From Azolla caroliniana (lineage: Eukaryota; Plantae; Polypodiophyta), in assembly GCA_043228905.1 (NCBI GenBank), contig JBHGNT010000021.1, forward strand, positions 9,052,001 through 9,116,000: a stretch of 64,000 nucleotides of DNA, in the 5' to 3' direction. Below the pieces are notes generated by a model. The model made no database searches. It was not told the DNA's origin and saw only the letters and a list, made by a program, of their open reading frames with translations. Shown one piece after another: positions 10,301-21,464 of this stretch (position 1 is its first letter; each line of letters begins with the position of its first letter). The translations under genes were made by a program, and so were the position numbers.

Positions 10301-13258
10301 CATTTCTTTGGCGATGTGTACCGGCTTTGATTCGTCCTTGCTTCCTAGGTTCACTTCGTCGAGCTGGGATATTTTTACCCGTTGGGAAATGGCCATTTCC
10401 CGTTCCAACGCTTCCTGTGCTTGCCGTAATTCCCGAATCGCATCTTTGTCTGGTTCGGCTTCGGTTTCGTCCCGCTGCGGCAAGTATGGCACTACGGCTT
10501 CAGCTACGTCAATCTCGAAGAGTGGTACGATCTTCGGGTGTTCCTCCAAGTACTGGGCTTCTTCGTCGTCTGCCAACCCTTCAAGCATGTTCACGCATTC
10601 CGCATACAGCGGTGTGCATTCCTTACCATTGCTCGTCCGTGGTTGTGTCGGTACCCGGACCTTGGCTTTTCCGCGCCGGAAGGTAATCATATTTTTCCGC
10701 CAATTTTGCTTGATGTGTGCTGTTTTCAACCATGGTCTACCCAGCAACAGTGGGTACGCGCCTTGCGCCTGTAGCTGCAGCACTACAGCCGAGATGTGAA
10801 ATGTGTGACCTCCTATGGTGACCTCCAATTTCCGTATTAAGCCCGTCGGCCGTACAGAGCTCGTATCTGCCATCCGTAGCCAGAACGGACATGGCTCCCA
10901 TTCATGTATACCCAAGGCATCACACGTGCGGAGGCTTATTACGTTCACCCCGGAACCTCCATCGATTACTGTGCCGGGAAGTTCGTGCCCTTTGACAATA
11001 GCTGTAATCACCGGACTACTAGTGTCCACCACCGTCGGTCCCTCCTCCGGATTCGAGAAGAGGACTGGTGCCGGTGGGGCTATACCGTCTGTCATGACCG
11101 TTTTTAGTCCTTCCGTAAATCGCGGTACAAGCTGCAAGAGTCTTCCTAATGGCAACGTGATCTAACATTCTTGCAGTGCTTGCCATGTCTCGTTTTCTGG
11201 GTGGCTACCGCCGGCACTCCCTATGGTATTCGCCTTTTGCCGTTCCGCGTCCGCGACGTTCCTTTCATTGGCTTCCTTCACCCATTCCGTCGCCTGTTTT
11301 CGTATGGCCTCTTGTGTTTCCCACTCTTTGGCCATGCCTTTCGACCGTGTGGTTACTTGCTGTACATCCGCCACTTCCGGAACCACCATATTAACTGCTG
11401 GTCGTTTATCGTAGCTCTTTGCCGGGCACTGGTTACTGTAGTGGCCTTCCTGCCTGCAGTAGTAGCAGTACTCTTTACGGGTATTGCTGGATTCAGCATT
11501 GCTGGTATCCGGAGTCGGTCCCGTAGTGAGTGGTGCGTTCTGTGCCGGTTGGCTCCTTGGGGTTCCATGTTCCGGGTCCCTAGTGTGACCACCTTTCTTG
11601 AAATTACGTTTCTTATTATTCTTATTTTTATTTCGGTAGTCCGGTCGTGGTGGATCGTAAAATCGGCCGTAGTCCTCCTGGTGCCTTCGGTAACCAGGGG
11701 AATGGTCTCTGTCGTATTGCTCGTGTCGTCTGTTGGACTCCCGATAACGGTCCGATCGCTCATACCGGTCGTAGTTATCATGCCGATTCCCGTACCGGCC
11801 ATCATTCTCTTGTCTGTCTCCGTACCGGACATCCTGTGTCGGTCGGTACCGGTTCATTCTTTGCCAACGATCGTCATCTTCGTCTCGGCTGCTTCTTGGC
11901 TCGATCCGTCGGACGGGTGGTGCTTGTCGGTTTAACAGGTTATACTCGCACCGGTCCGTTGTATGACTCTTGGATTGACAAATCACACACTGGGTTCGCA
12001 TGGTGCACTCCACTGCCGAGTGTCCGGCATTCAAGCAGATTGTGCATTGAATTGCCTGCCGAAACCGGAGATCTTCATCGGTGGGTAACGCCCGTTGCAG
12101 TGTTCCCAGTGTAAGCCATGAGCTTGACTTTTCCATTTCTCTGACCCGGTCAATGACCTCGTCAATGGTGCTTCCTCGAAAGTCGATTACCGTACACACC
12201 GTGCGTAACGGTTCCCGGAGTGCGTTTAAAAATATCGTCCGTAATTCCTCCTCCGGGGGTGCACGGGCAAGCTGGCTATGCATTCGTTGGAAACGGATGA
12301 CGAATTGGGGAATGCTTTCCCCTGCCTCCTGTCGGATCGTATAAAACAGGCCCACCATTGTCGTCTGGTCGACCTCCTTGTGGAAAAAATGCAGGAATTT
12401 TGCTTTTAATTCTGCAAAGGTTGTGATGGTCGCCGGGTCCTGCGTCCGCCGCCATCGTGTCGCTGGTCCTTCCAACGTGACCCCGAATTCCGCTATCTTC
12501 GAGTGTTCTTCTTCCTCCGGTGTCATTCGCTGGGACGTGTGATTTGCTTCCCATGTCTGCTCGAAGGCATGAACATGCGCTTCCGCGTCCGGATCATCGC
12601 GATACTTTGAGTATTGGAACGGCATGTCGTCGTCCAGTATTAGGCCGCAGTTTAGTGGCATTTGTTGATATCTTTCCGGTTTTCTCTCCAGTTCCACTTC
12701 CGGTTGTTTTGCCGGTGCTTTTGCCGGTTCCTCGTCCGGTTCTTTCACCGGCTCGTCTTCCGGTACCTTCGCCGGCTCTTTCGTTGGTGTCGGTGGCTTT
12801 GCTTCTTCCACTTCCGGTGTTGGTGGGTTGACGGCTTCCGTTTGCGGTTCCGAATAGCCCTGGTCGAGCGGTTCCGGTTCTGGAGTCGGCACGGTATCCG
12901 ACCCATCGTCCTCCGGGCCGCCGGGGGTATCGTTGCTGCTCCGGTAGTTCGTGTGCACGCTGTATCCCCCTTCGGAATCCGATTCGTAGGCTGAAAAGGC
13001 TTCTGCCTCGTTTTCTCCGCTTGCCAGCGCCTCGAGGAGGCGTTCGGTTTCCCGGAGACTACTTAGACTGCTTCCGTCGTCCTGGTCGCGAGTTTGCTAT
13101 AACCGAAGAGATTCCTCCGCGACTCTCCGGATCTCGTTGGAGAACGAACGATCCGAGCGAATTTCGTGCGCTACTTGCTGGAAAGTCTCACGCCGTCTTT
13201 GCCGTTCGGCGAGGCGTCGAGCTCGGTCTGTAACCAGGTCGTGCGTTGGTCTCGTCAT
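7400..13258 (-). pseudogene. gag-pol: gag-pol of element B, one reading frame with two in-frame TAG stops (~13097 and 11162-11164)
   Basis: ATG at 13258. CCHC knuckles (CYYCRQEGHYSNQC), protease IDGGSG, RT VCVDYRKLN/LDGFSGY/FLDD, RNase H DAS...EREAL, integrase DDE. Confidence 0.93.
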
Positions 13259-13294
13259 CCATTAAGCCGTCGTTCGCTGCGAGAAAGCAGGAAT

Positions 13295-13305
13295 CGTGGT
13301 CGCCA
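13295..13305 (-). promoter_or_regulatory. Primer-binding site of B (tRNA-Arg type, TGGCGACCACG)
   Basis: Starts 6 nt downstream of the 5' LTR on the minus strand; complementary to a ...GTGGTCGCCA tRNA-Arg(UCG)-like 3' end. Confidence 0.75.
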
Positions 13306-13311
13306 AAACTG

Positions 13312-13730
13312 TGTTATTCTCTGACCGGACAAGGCCTAACACAAGGTGTCACGGAGACACTTCACCAAAGGGTGATTACGGCATAGGATTAAGATTCAAC
13401 GATTACACCGACTTACGTAGGTTACACGATTAGAGTGCTTTGGTTAATTACACGCGTAAGATATAACAGTAAGTACAGAACGGAAATCAACACAGAAGTA
13501 TAAACACCATATGCTCTATTAATTATCCGCTGCGATTACAATGGGGTCCGGGCCTTTAAATAGGTTTCCGGCCCGTAGTACAAAACGGTGCCTATCGCAC
13601 CTATTCGGGATCCGTCCGGATCTGGAACGGCATACCGTTTCCAGTCCGTCCGTCCATACTAGGCTTATTTACAACCATACTTAATTAATTCCTTCACTCC
13701 GTATTTTGGACTCCTTGCCGGCCGGTAACA
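13312..13730 (-). repeat. 5' LTR of element B
   Basis: Direct repeat of 3922-4340, followed by TSD CTAAT. Confidence 0.97.
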
Positions 13731-13767
13731 CTAATTAGTTATGTCAAGGACATAGCTAATTGTTCCC

Positions 13768-15410
13768 ATGCCCATGCTCTCACTCCACCGCACTCTAAGC
13801 AAAATCGGCCGGATGCGAAATGCAGATGAAGGCCGTATGGGAATCGAGCTGCCCCCATCAAACATCACCTTAGTTGAAGTACAAAGGGAGCTTGCTATGG
13901 TCCGAAAAGATGCGAAGGACATGGTCCGCAAGAACAAGACCGCAAGGAAGTCTGAAAAACTCGCAAAGCAATAGTTGGAAGAGGCCCAAAAAAAGATCGC
14001 GGAGTTGGAGGGCTGCTTGCAAGACAAAACTTCCTCAACCACTACCACAACCTCCCCCACACCTGAAATAAAAAACCTTACCAAAGAAGTTGAAGCTCAA
14101 ACAGCGATAGTGGCCAAAGCGAAAAAAGTGGCGGAAGTCGTCGAAATAGAAAGCGAGAGACTCCACTTCGAACTTTGACAATCGTCAAATCAAGAGATAG
14201 ATGTCTGGGCCAAGGGATGAAAGGCCATGAAGATGTTCCAAGAAAAATTGGATGCCGAAATCACGGCTCATGCAAAGACAACCGAAGAGCTCAATAAGCA
14301 AAAGGAAGAAGTCGGTCAATCTGAAGGGATCATCACGGCACTACTAGAGGCCACGTAGTAAAAGCGTCAATGGTACGACGAACAAATTAAGATTGAGCAA
14401 CACAAGACAAGAGAAGTTGAAGTACAATTCAACAATGAAATGGGTCAACTCGAAGAACTACACGATAAAGAATCAAAGCTCTGGCATGAGGTAAAGTCGC
14501 AATACGAAGAATAGGTGGCCTCCAACACAAACAAAATTTCGAATCTCAAGATGGCTCTCCAAGAGATGCAGAAGCACACATAGATGAACACGGAGTGCAT
14601 AAAGATCTTCCTAGCAACAAACCACGAAAGATTTACACACCAACTTAAAGCAGCTCTGGACAGAGGGTGGGCCGAATGGGCAAAGCAAGCTGTAGAGCTC
14701 CACATGTACCGGGCTAACCAAGAGATTCGGTAGAAAGACGGTAATAAAACATTGCTATGGTCCATGAGGACCTTACGCAAGATTATAAGGTGCTCGCCGA
14801 TCGCCACTCCAAGGTGATCTCACAATTGCTAGAGGAGTTTGGAGGCAACCAATTCGACACCTCCCTCCAACTCCAAGCATATGAAAATGAGCTGAGGCAG
14901 GTAGTAGGAGGAAAAACGGCGGGCACCGATAGCAACTCCAGAGAACACACAATAGAAGGACCGAAGCACCTCGAAAACGAAATCCTGGAGGTCACCATGG
15001 CGCCAAACCGACCCTTGGAGACACATCCGGATTCCACCGATGCCATGATAGCAAATATGGCTGAAGGGCCTATGCAAGAAACACTCCAAGAAGGGCCGAC
15101 ACAAAAAATTGCACAAGTGGAAGAAGGCCCGCAAGCAAAACAAACACCAACGACCAAACTAGCTGATGAAGGGTTGTAAGAAGAACATACGCAAGAAGCT
15201 GAACTAGAGCCGACAGAACCCACCATCTCCCTTGCACCAGAACTGACATAACATACTAGGCCCCCCAAATGTGAGGCAATAGAGACTACCAAACCCCTTG
15301 AATCCATGCCTACGACGTAGACCTCGACACCCCTCGGACCACCCACAGTAGTCTTCGCAAAGACGGACTATTCAGAGCCGAAAATCCTGGACATCTTTGA
15401 TGATGTATGA
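13768..15410 (+). pseudogene. Coiled-coil accessory ORF of element C (many stops)
   Basis: E/K-rich fragments at 13768-14178 and 14757-15179. Ends PKILDIFDDV*, matching QSILDNLDEQ* in B. Confidence 0.7.
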
Positions 15411-15461
15411 AGGTCTTCTGTGGGTTTGACCGTGCAAGCATTGTCCCATCAGTGTGCCATG

Positions 15462-16340
15462 TAATGGCCACCTTGGACGGCAAAGTGGGAAAGGTCGAGA
15501 AGGAGAAAAGACAAAGGTACGGTTACTAGAAGCGAAGAAGATGGGCAGGGCCGTAGCATAGGGACAACTGGAGCGTGGTTAATGAAAGTAACGATTCACG
15601 CATTGAGCATAACCTCCCATGACCTTGTATATAAATGGCATGGAAAAATTGTAAAGGTAATAGCCATAGCATAGGGACAACCGGAGCGTAGTTAATGAAA
15701 GTAACGGTTCACGCGTTGAGCATAACCTCCCATGACATTGTATATAAAGGGCATGGAAAACTTGTAAAGACCTAGTGATAATCAGTGTGCCATGTGTTGG
15801 CTACCTTGGACGGCCAAGTGGGAAAGGTCGAGAAGGAGAAAAGACAAAGGGACGGTTACTGCAAGCGAAGAAGATGGGCGGGGCCGTAGCGTAGTAAAGA
15901 GGGAGTAATAGCCGTAGCATAGGGACAACCGGAGCGTAGTTATTGAAAGTAATGGTTCATGCGTTGAGCATAACCTCCCATGACCTTGTATATAAACAAC
16001 ATGGAAAACTTGTAAAGATCTAGTGATAATTTAATATTCAAACGTCTAAAATATATTCTTTGATTGCCTAAGTCTTTGTGTTGTCGTAACTATTCGTATC
16101 TGCTCGTGCTGAGTTTATTTTCTCTGTGTTGAGCTAGTGTGTGCTAGTGTGTAAGAAGTCAGTTGTAGTTGTCTTCCTAGTCTGCACAGTGTCCACAATT
16201 AAAGCAACACTTACGAGTCCAATGTATAGTCACCTGTATCACGGTTACGACATACTCCCCCATTTCTGCACCACCATTCCCTTGAAAACGAACTTCGAAG
16301 GACTAGGGATTCAGCGAAGTGTCACCATAAACCAGTAACA
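15462..16340 (+). repeat. 3' LTR of element C with tandemly duplicated U3/TATA segments (complete copy 15795-16340)
   Basis: Blocks GCCATGT..TGGC.ACCTTGGACGG (15456, 15789) and three copies of GTAGCATAGGGACAAC...TTGTATATAAA...TTGTAAAG. Confidence 0.8.
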
Positions 16341-16952
16341 GCGCCCCAATCAGTCACAAAAGTGGTCTTTTCCTGATCATTAGAATGCATATGGATCTGA
16401 TTATAGCTGTTGAGGCCATCTAAAAAACTATACATTCCGTGCTTGACAATGGCATTGAGTACGCTATCTGTGAAGGGAAGGGGAAAAGCATCTGTAATTG
16501 TCACCGCGTTGAGTTTTCAATAGTCAACGTTATCGTGCCTTTCGGCTCCAGATCGTTGCGTGAGTCGGGTGGGAACCACCGAGGTTTTGGACTAGGAGGA
16601 AGAGGAATACAACTTAAGGCTAGTTATGAATAGTAGAAAGAGAAGTAAGATAGCAATCTCGTGAATCCCACGGGTTTAGTGTATTTAAAACAATATTTAG
16701 ATTATAAGAGTAATTTAGATGGCAAAATTCGTGAATCCCACGAATATATTAGATTGATCAATCCTTGTATATTAATCAACAACCTTATACATATTTCTCT
16801 CCTCCTTATAAAGACGGAAGAGGCTAAGCATGGCTTCATGCTTTTTCACCAAAAGTGTCCATGCACACTAAATGTGCATGTGATGCTTTGTCATTTCCTA
16901 AGTATAGGGCTCATGCACGCTAGATGTGCATGAGTCACTTTTAATGTCACGT

Positions 16953-17588
16953 TGTCGTGAAGAAAACCGTCCACGAGCGGAATCCGTGCACCGGAGCGTA
17001 GAAACCGACTCTTCATGCACGTGCGCCCTAAGTTGTACGTAGGAGATCCTAGGTAGATTCGGTAGGTAGGGAGTAAAGGGGAAACGGCTCCTTCCTTGCC
17101 TATAAAAGGAGGGAGACGAGGAGGGTAGAGGGATCGCGGAGAGTCGAGGATGAAGTGCTGTCGGTTTGCGTGCGAAGGCTTCTCTCTCTCTCTCTCTGGT
17201 TCGCAACTCCATAGCTTCCTTCTGTGTAGGTTTTGGGAGGCTCGCGCTGCTCTGAGGAATGCCCGAGTGCTTCCGGCAGCACCTCCAACCTGTTCCTGTC
17301 TTTCTATGCGTTTACGAACAGGTATCGGCATTTGTTCGCCGGCCTGTTCGGTTGTAACCGACTTCGTGTTTTGTTGTCTTCGTGTTCTTGTTGTTTGTCT
17401 TTGTAAATACATACATACATTCGTGTCTTTCTGTGTCGCTGTCCCACTTGCGTCTTTGCGTCGAAGGGCCGTGTCCCTCTGGATCTACGCTTGCACGTAG
17501 AGGGTTCTTCGCCTTCCTCTCTCGCTCTTTGGTAAAGGACCCCCGAGGTTCCGCCTCATTCCACGCATCCGTGAGGAATACCTCGACA
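16953..17588 (+). repeat. Solo LTR of an A-related subfamily inserted in the 3' LTR of D
   Basis: TGTCG...CGACA flanked by ACGT on both sides. The empty site TGTCACGTGTAA is seen in the other D LTR at 24605-24616. Confidence 0.95.
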
Positions 17589-17829
17589 ACGTGTAAATAA
17601 AATATTCAAACCCTAAAGAATACATGATTTTTACCTTTTAATAAAGGTATGTGTAAATAAAGGTCTTATACGTATTAAATCTATATATATAACACTAAAG
17701 ATAAGTTATTACAATGGTAAAGTTGAGGTTTATTTACGTGGAGGTGTAAGGTTCGAATCCTGCCTTATGCACATGATAAGTATTTTGATATATTATTTAT
17801 TTATTTATATGTATTTAAAATCGGATATA

Positions 17830-20800
17830 TTATTTTATGGTTTTCACGTAGTGTGTGGAATACACTACGACACTCGCCCCCTCCGAACCCGCACATCCTT
17901 CGGTATGTGCCGAAGTTCTCGATTCCTCATATCCGTCTTCACCCAAAGCTTCCTCCGATTCTCCCCTTATGTCGACTATGAGTTGTAATTCACTTTCTTC
18001 GCTTCCCGCATCACCGTGGTCTTCGTCCGATTGCTCCTCATTGTCGGCCTTGGCTTGGATCACATAGGGTTTGTCGTCAGTCCACTTCTTGAAAATCTTC
18101 ACCCGCTTCCCGGCTATAGGCACTCGTAGTATTGTTCCATCCAACTCGGACAGTCGGTACGTTCCGTTGTCAAAGACTTTCCGAACCTCGTATGGCCCGA
18201 ACCACCTTTTCGCGAATTTCCGCATCGTTGTATGTTGATGGTCCAAACTACTATCATAGACGATCACCCAATCTCCTTCTTCAATCCTCCTCGGTCGTAG
18301 TCGGTGCTTTGTGTCGAACCGGCTTTTGTTCCGGAATCGTGCTTCTTGTTGTCGGCGTATTGCTTCCGCTACGTCTGCCGGTCTTCCCTCTAGTTGTCGT
18401 ATCCAGACCGCTAGTAGTTCTTCTCGGCTAATCTCTTCCTTCCACGGTAGCATTGTCCATGTTGCGATCGCGGTTTCCGTCGGCATTACCGGTGCTTGTT
18501 CGGTCATGAGTTTTGCCGGCATGTAACCGGTTACGGAGCTATGCGTCGTCCGATCCGCCCATAGTGCATACGGAAGCATCTGCGGCCAGTCCTTCACCTT
18601 TCCATCGCATGCCTTCGCAAGTGCTTTCACGATCGGACTATGTCCTCGTTCGATTTTCCCGTTGGCCGCCGGATTGTATGCCGTTGTCAGCGTTAACCGA
18701 ACTCCGTGTCTGGCGAAGAATCCCCTAGCATTGTCCGAGTCGAGTTCTCCCCGGTCCGCAATCACTTGTCCTACGCACCCGTACCTGCAAAATACTTCCT
18801 CCAAAAGAAATTGGCATACCGCGGAACACGTTTTCCTCTGAAGCGCTCGACCTTCTACTTGATTCGTGAGATCTTCCCGAGCTAATACCAAGTATTTCTT
18901 TTGTCCGATCCCGGTCGGCATGGCCACTATGTCGACCATCCACTTGAAGTTGATTGTCGGTGAGAAAGTCGGATGTAACTCATCTCGATGTCAAACCCCG
19001 GAGTAGACTTGACATTTCTCGCAGCTTTCCGTGAACTCCGCGACATCTTTGTACATTTTCTTCCACCAATATTTTTGCTTGATCTTCACAAATGTTGCCC
19101 ATGTTCCTCGGTGTCCAGCCCAATCGGATTCGTGAAACTCGGACATTATCCGGTTTCGTTGCTCTTTTGTCCCAACTACTCGAAGTGGTATACCATCCGG
19201 TCTTTTCGGCGCCCTCCATATTAATCCGTTTTCCAAGAAGAACTTTTGAACTTGCCTCTTCTTCCTTCGGATCTCGGCTCTTCTTCCTTTATCGTTTGTT
19301 GAATCCTCGGCCTGTTGTAACATCTTTCCGATCATCAAGCTTTCTCCCTCGTATTCTTCTTCCCGGAATTCTCGGATTACGTTCACTCGGCATATGTGCT
19401 CCAACGCGAAGTAGTCTTCAGAAACTTCTTCATTATCCGATTCGGTTATGTCGTCTCCGATCCGAGCCCTTGATAACATATCCGCTACCGCGTTGTCCTT
19501 CCCCGAGATGTGTCGAACCTCCGGATTAAGCGACTTGACATATGCAACCCACCTTAGCATAGCTACATCCGGTATCGTACAACACCGCATCATCCCGAGT
19601 ATCGGAAGACAATCCGTCTCGATCACCACTTTGGCTCCGATCAAATAATCCCGATCCGATTTTATCGCCGACACGACTCCCCACAGTTCTCTTTTGACTT
19701 GTGCATATCCACGTTGCCTTTCGTTGAGAACCTTTGCTCCGAATCGGATCGGATACCGCGAACCATCCGAGTCGGCTTGATTGATGACCCACCCGATACC
19801 GGTTGGACTTGTATCAACCGTTACTATGATCGGTCGGTTGTAGCTCGGCTTCTTAAGTGCTTCCGCCCTCCGAAGTGTCTTCTTCAATTTCTTCATGGCT
19901 TTGGTATGTTCCGGTTTCCATTCGAATTTCTCACCTTTCCGCAACAAGTGGTAGAGTGGGTCCGCAATATGTGCATAGTGCGGAATCCATATGTGATAGA
20001 ATGCACATGCACTGAGAAACCTTCGGACTTCGGATGTTGACTCACATATTTCCTCCATAGCTTGAATTGCATCAATCTTTGTTGGTGACGGTCTTCAGCC
20101 GTAGGGCCCACATAGATGTCCGACCACCAATATTTCTTCTTGCTCGAATGCCGATTTCTCCCCGAAAAGTGTTAGGTGCACATCTTCTAGCTTTCACAAC
20201 ACTTTCTCGCAATCATGAATATGGTCGACCACGAACTTTCGGCATCCCCGATCATCCATAGTCTCATCTTTTTCTTCTACCGCGCATCCTTTCATCGGAA
20301 TGTCATCGAGGAACGACATCGTTATCTCCGGAATGCAGTCTCGAAGCACCTTGTTCATCGCGTTCATCATATGAACAACCGAGTTTGTCGCTCCTTGTGG
20401 TAGTGTGCACATTCGGACTAATCCTATCGGTGTTCTGATGGTTGTGATGTCTCGGCTCCCCACGGCTAGTTGGAATTGGTCATACCCCGAGTATAGGTCT
20501 CCGATGGAGTATATCGCACGACCGGCAAAAGCTTCCGCAAATCCGTCCACTATCGGACCGACTCCCGAGTTCCGGATCGTGACCTTATTCACCGGTTGCA
20601 AGTCTTGGATAAATCGGAGTGACCCATTCTTCTTTGGAACTGTAAACCATCGATTTGAGTATGGAGCAGTTGATGGTTCTAGAATCCCCATCGCCACCTT
20701 CTCCTTGAGCAAGTCAATGACTTTCGGAATATGCTCTCGTGGCACCGGAATCGGCTTCAGGTTCTACGGTACATGGTCAATCGTGAAGATCACCTTCGGC

Positions 20801-21464
20801 TCCACTATTCTCGGATCGACGCACCCTATCTCCCTTGATGTAAATGCAAATGCTTTGTCGTGCTGCTCCAACATCTCGCGAAACCGTTCTTCTTCTTTTT
20901 GTAATAGGAACCCACCTCCACCGATCCGAAGTTTCTTCTGGGTCTCATTCGTGAAGGCATGTCCGATATCCACGGACTTCCGAAGTATCGGATCTCCCTA
21001 GACTTCTTTCCTCTTTTGTTCGCTATTAGCGGGTAGTGGTCCCGCGGCCGGTTTCACCTTCTTCTCCATGGTCTTGTATTTCGTACTTACCATTGCTTCT
21101 TCTTTGCGGAGCGTATCCGGCTCCATTTTCGCAATGATCTCGTACATCTCGACCGATTCCACCGGGACTACCCGGTTCCCTGAGCTTTTATCTTTCGCAA
21201 GCTCTTCAAGTCGTTGTAGCGTGCTCCCATAGAACACCTCTTCGACTATCCCCACGATTTCTTCATCTTCTTTTATTATTGATGCCGACCGCTACTTATC
21301 CTCCAATTGTCGGTATCCTTTCTTCAATCCTCCGGTTACGGTCGTGTACGTAGATGCCCCATCCGGACCTCTTCGTACATGTTTTGCTCCGAGAGTTTTC
21401 TTCCTGTGTGGGGTATCAGGGCTTCTCGGACTATAACTTCCCCACTCCGCAACAGTCCGCTTTA
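17830..21464 (-). pseudogene. pol: pol (RT-RH-INT) of element D, with stops and a frameshift
   Basis: ORFs 20998-21255, 20764-20973, 20194-20745, 18991-20058 and 17830-18939. Confidence 0.9.

Larger units (their letters stand above)
3922..13730 (-). mobile_element. Full-length Athila-like Ty3/gypsy element B (9.8 kb) with an extra ORF downstream of pol
   Basis: 419-bp LTRs at 3922-4340 and 13312-13730 (about 6 transitions apart). 5-bp TSD CTAAT at 3917-3921 and 13731-13735. gag-PR-RT-RH-INT order with Athila-type motifs DEFPDAELF, GGHYAG.ATARKVWQSGLWWPT, WGLDFVGPF and VNGFRLKPY. Confidence 0.95.
1966..16340 (+). mobile_element. Degenerate Athila-like Ty3/gypsy element C, 3' part (integrase tail, accessory ORF region, 3' LTR), interrupted by A1 at 1965 and by B at 3922-13730
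   Basis: 1966-2133 translates, with stops, to PVLMFQT..GKL*FRWTRPYW...VNGFCLKPY, homologous to the B integrase tail. Accessory ORFs are homologous to those of B. The LTR ends ...CCAGTAACA at 16340 and matches the LTR end of element E at 43432-43592. Confidence 0.85.

Noticed and set aside
11156-11170. Stop-codon readthrough between gag and pol of B
   Set aside because: The homologous position in H is Gln (WQALTSCQISMPL) and B has another TAG upstream, so a CAG>TAG deamination is simpler.
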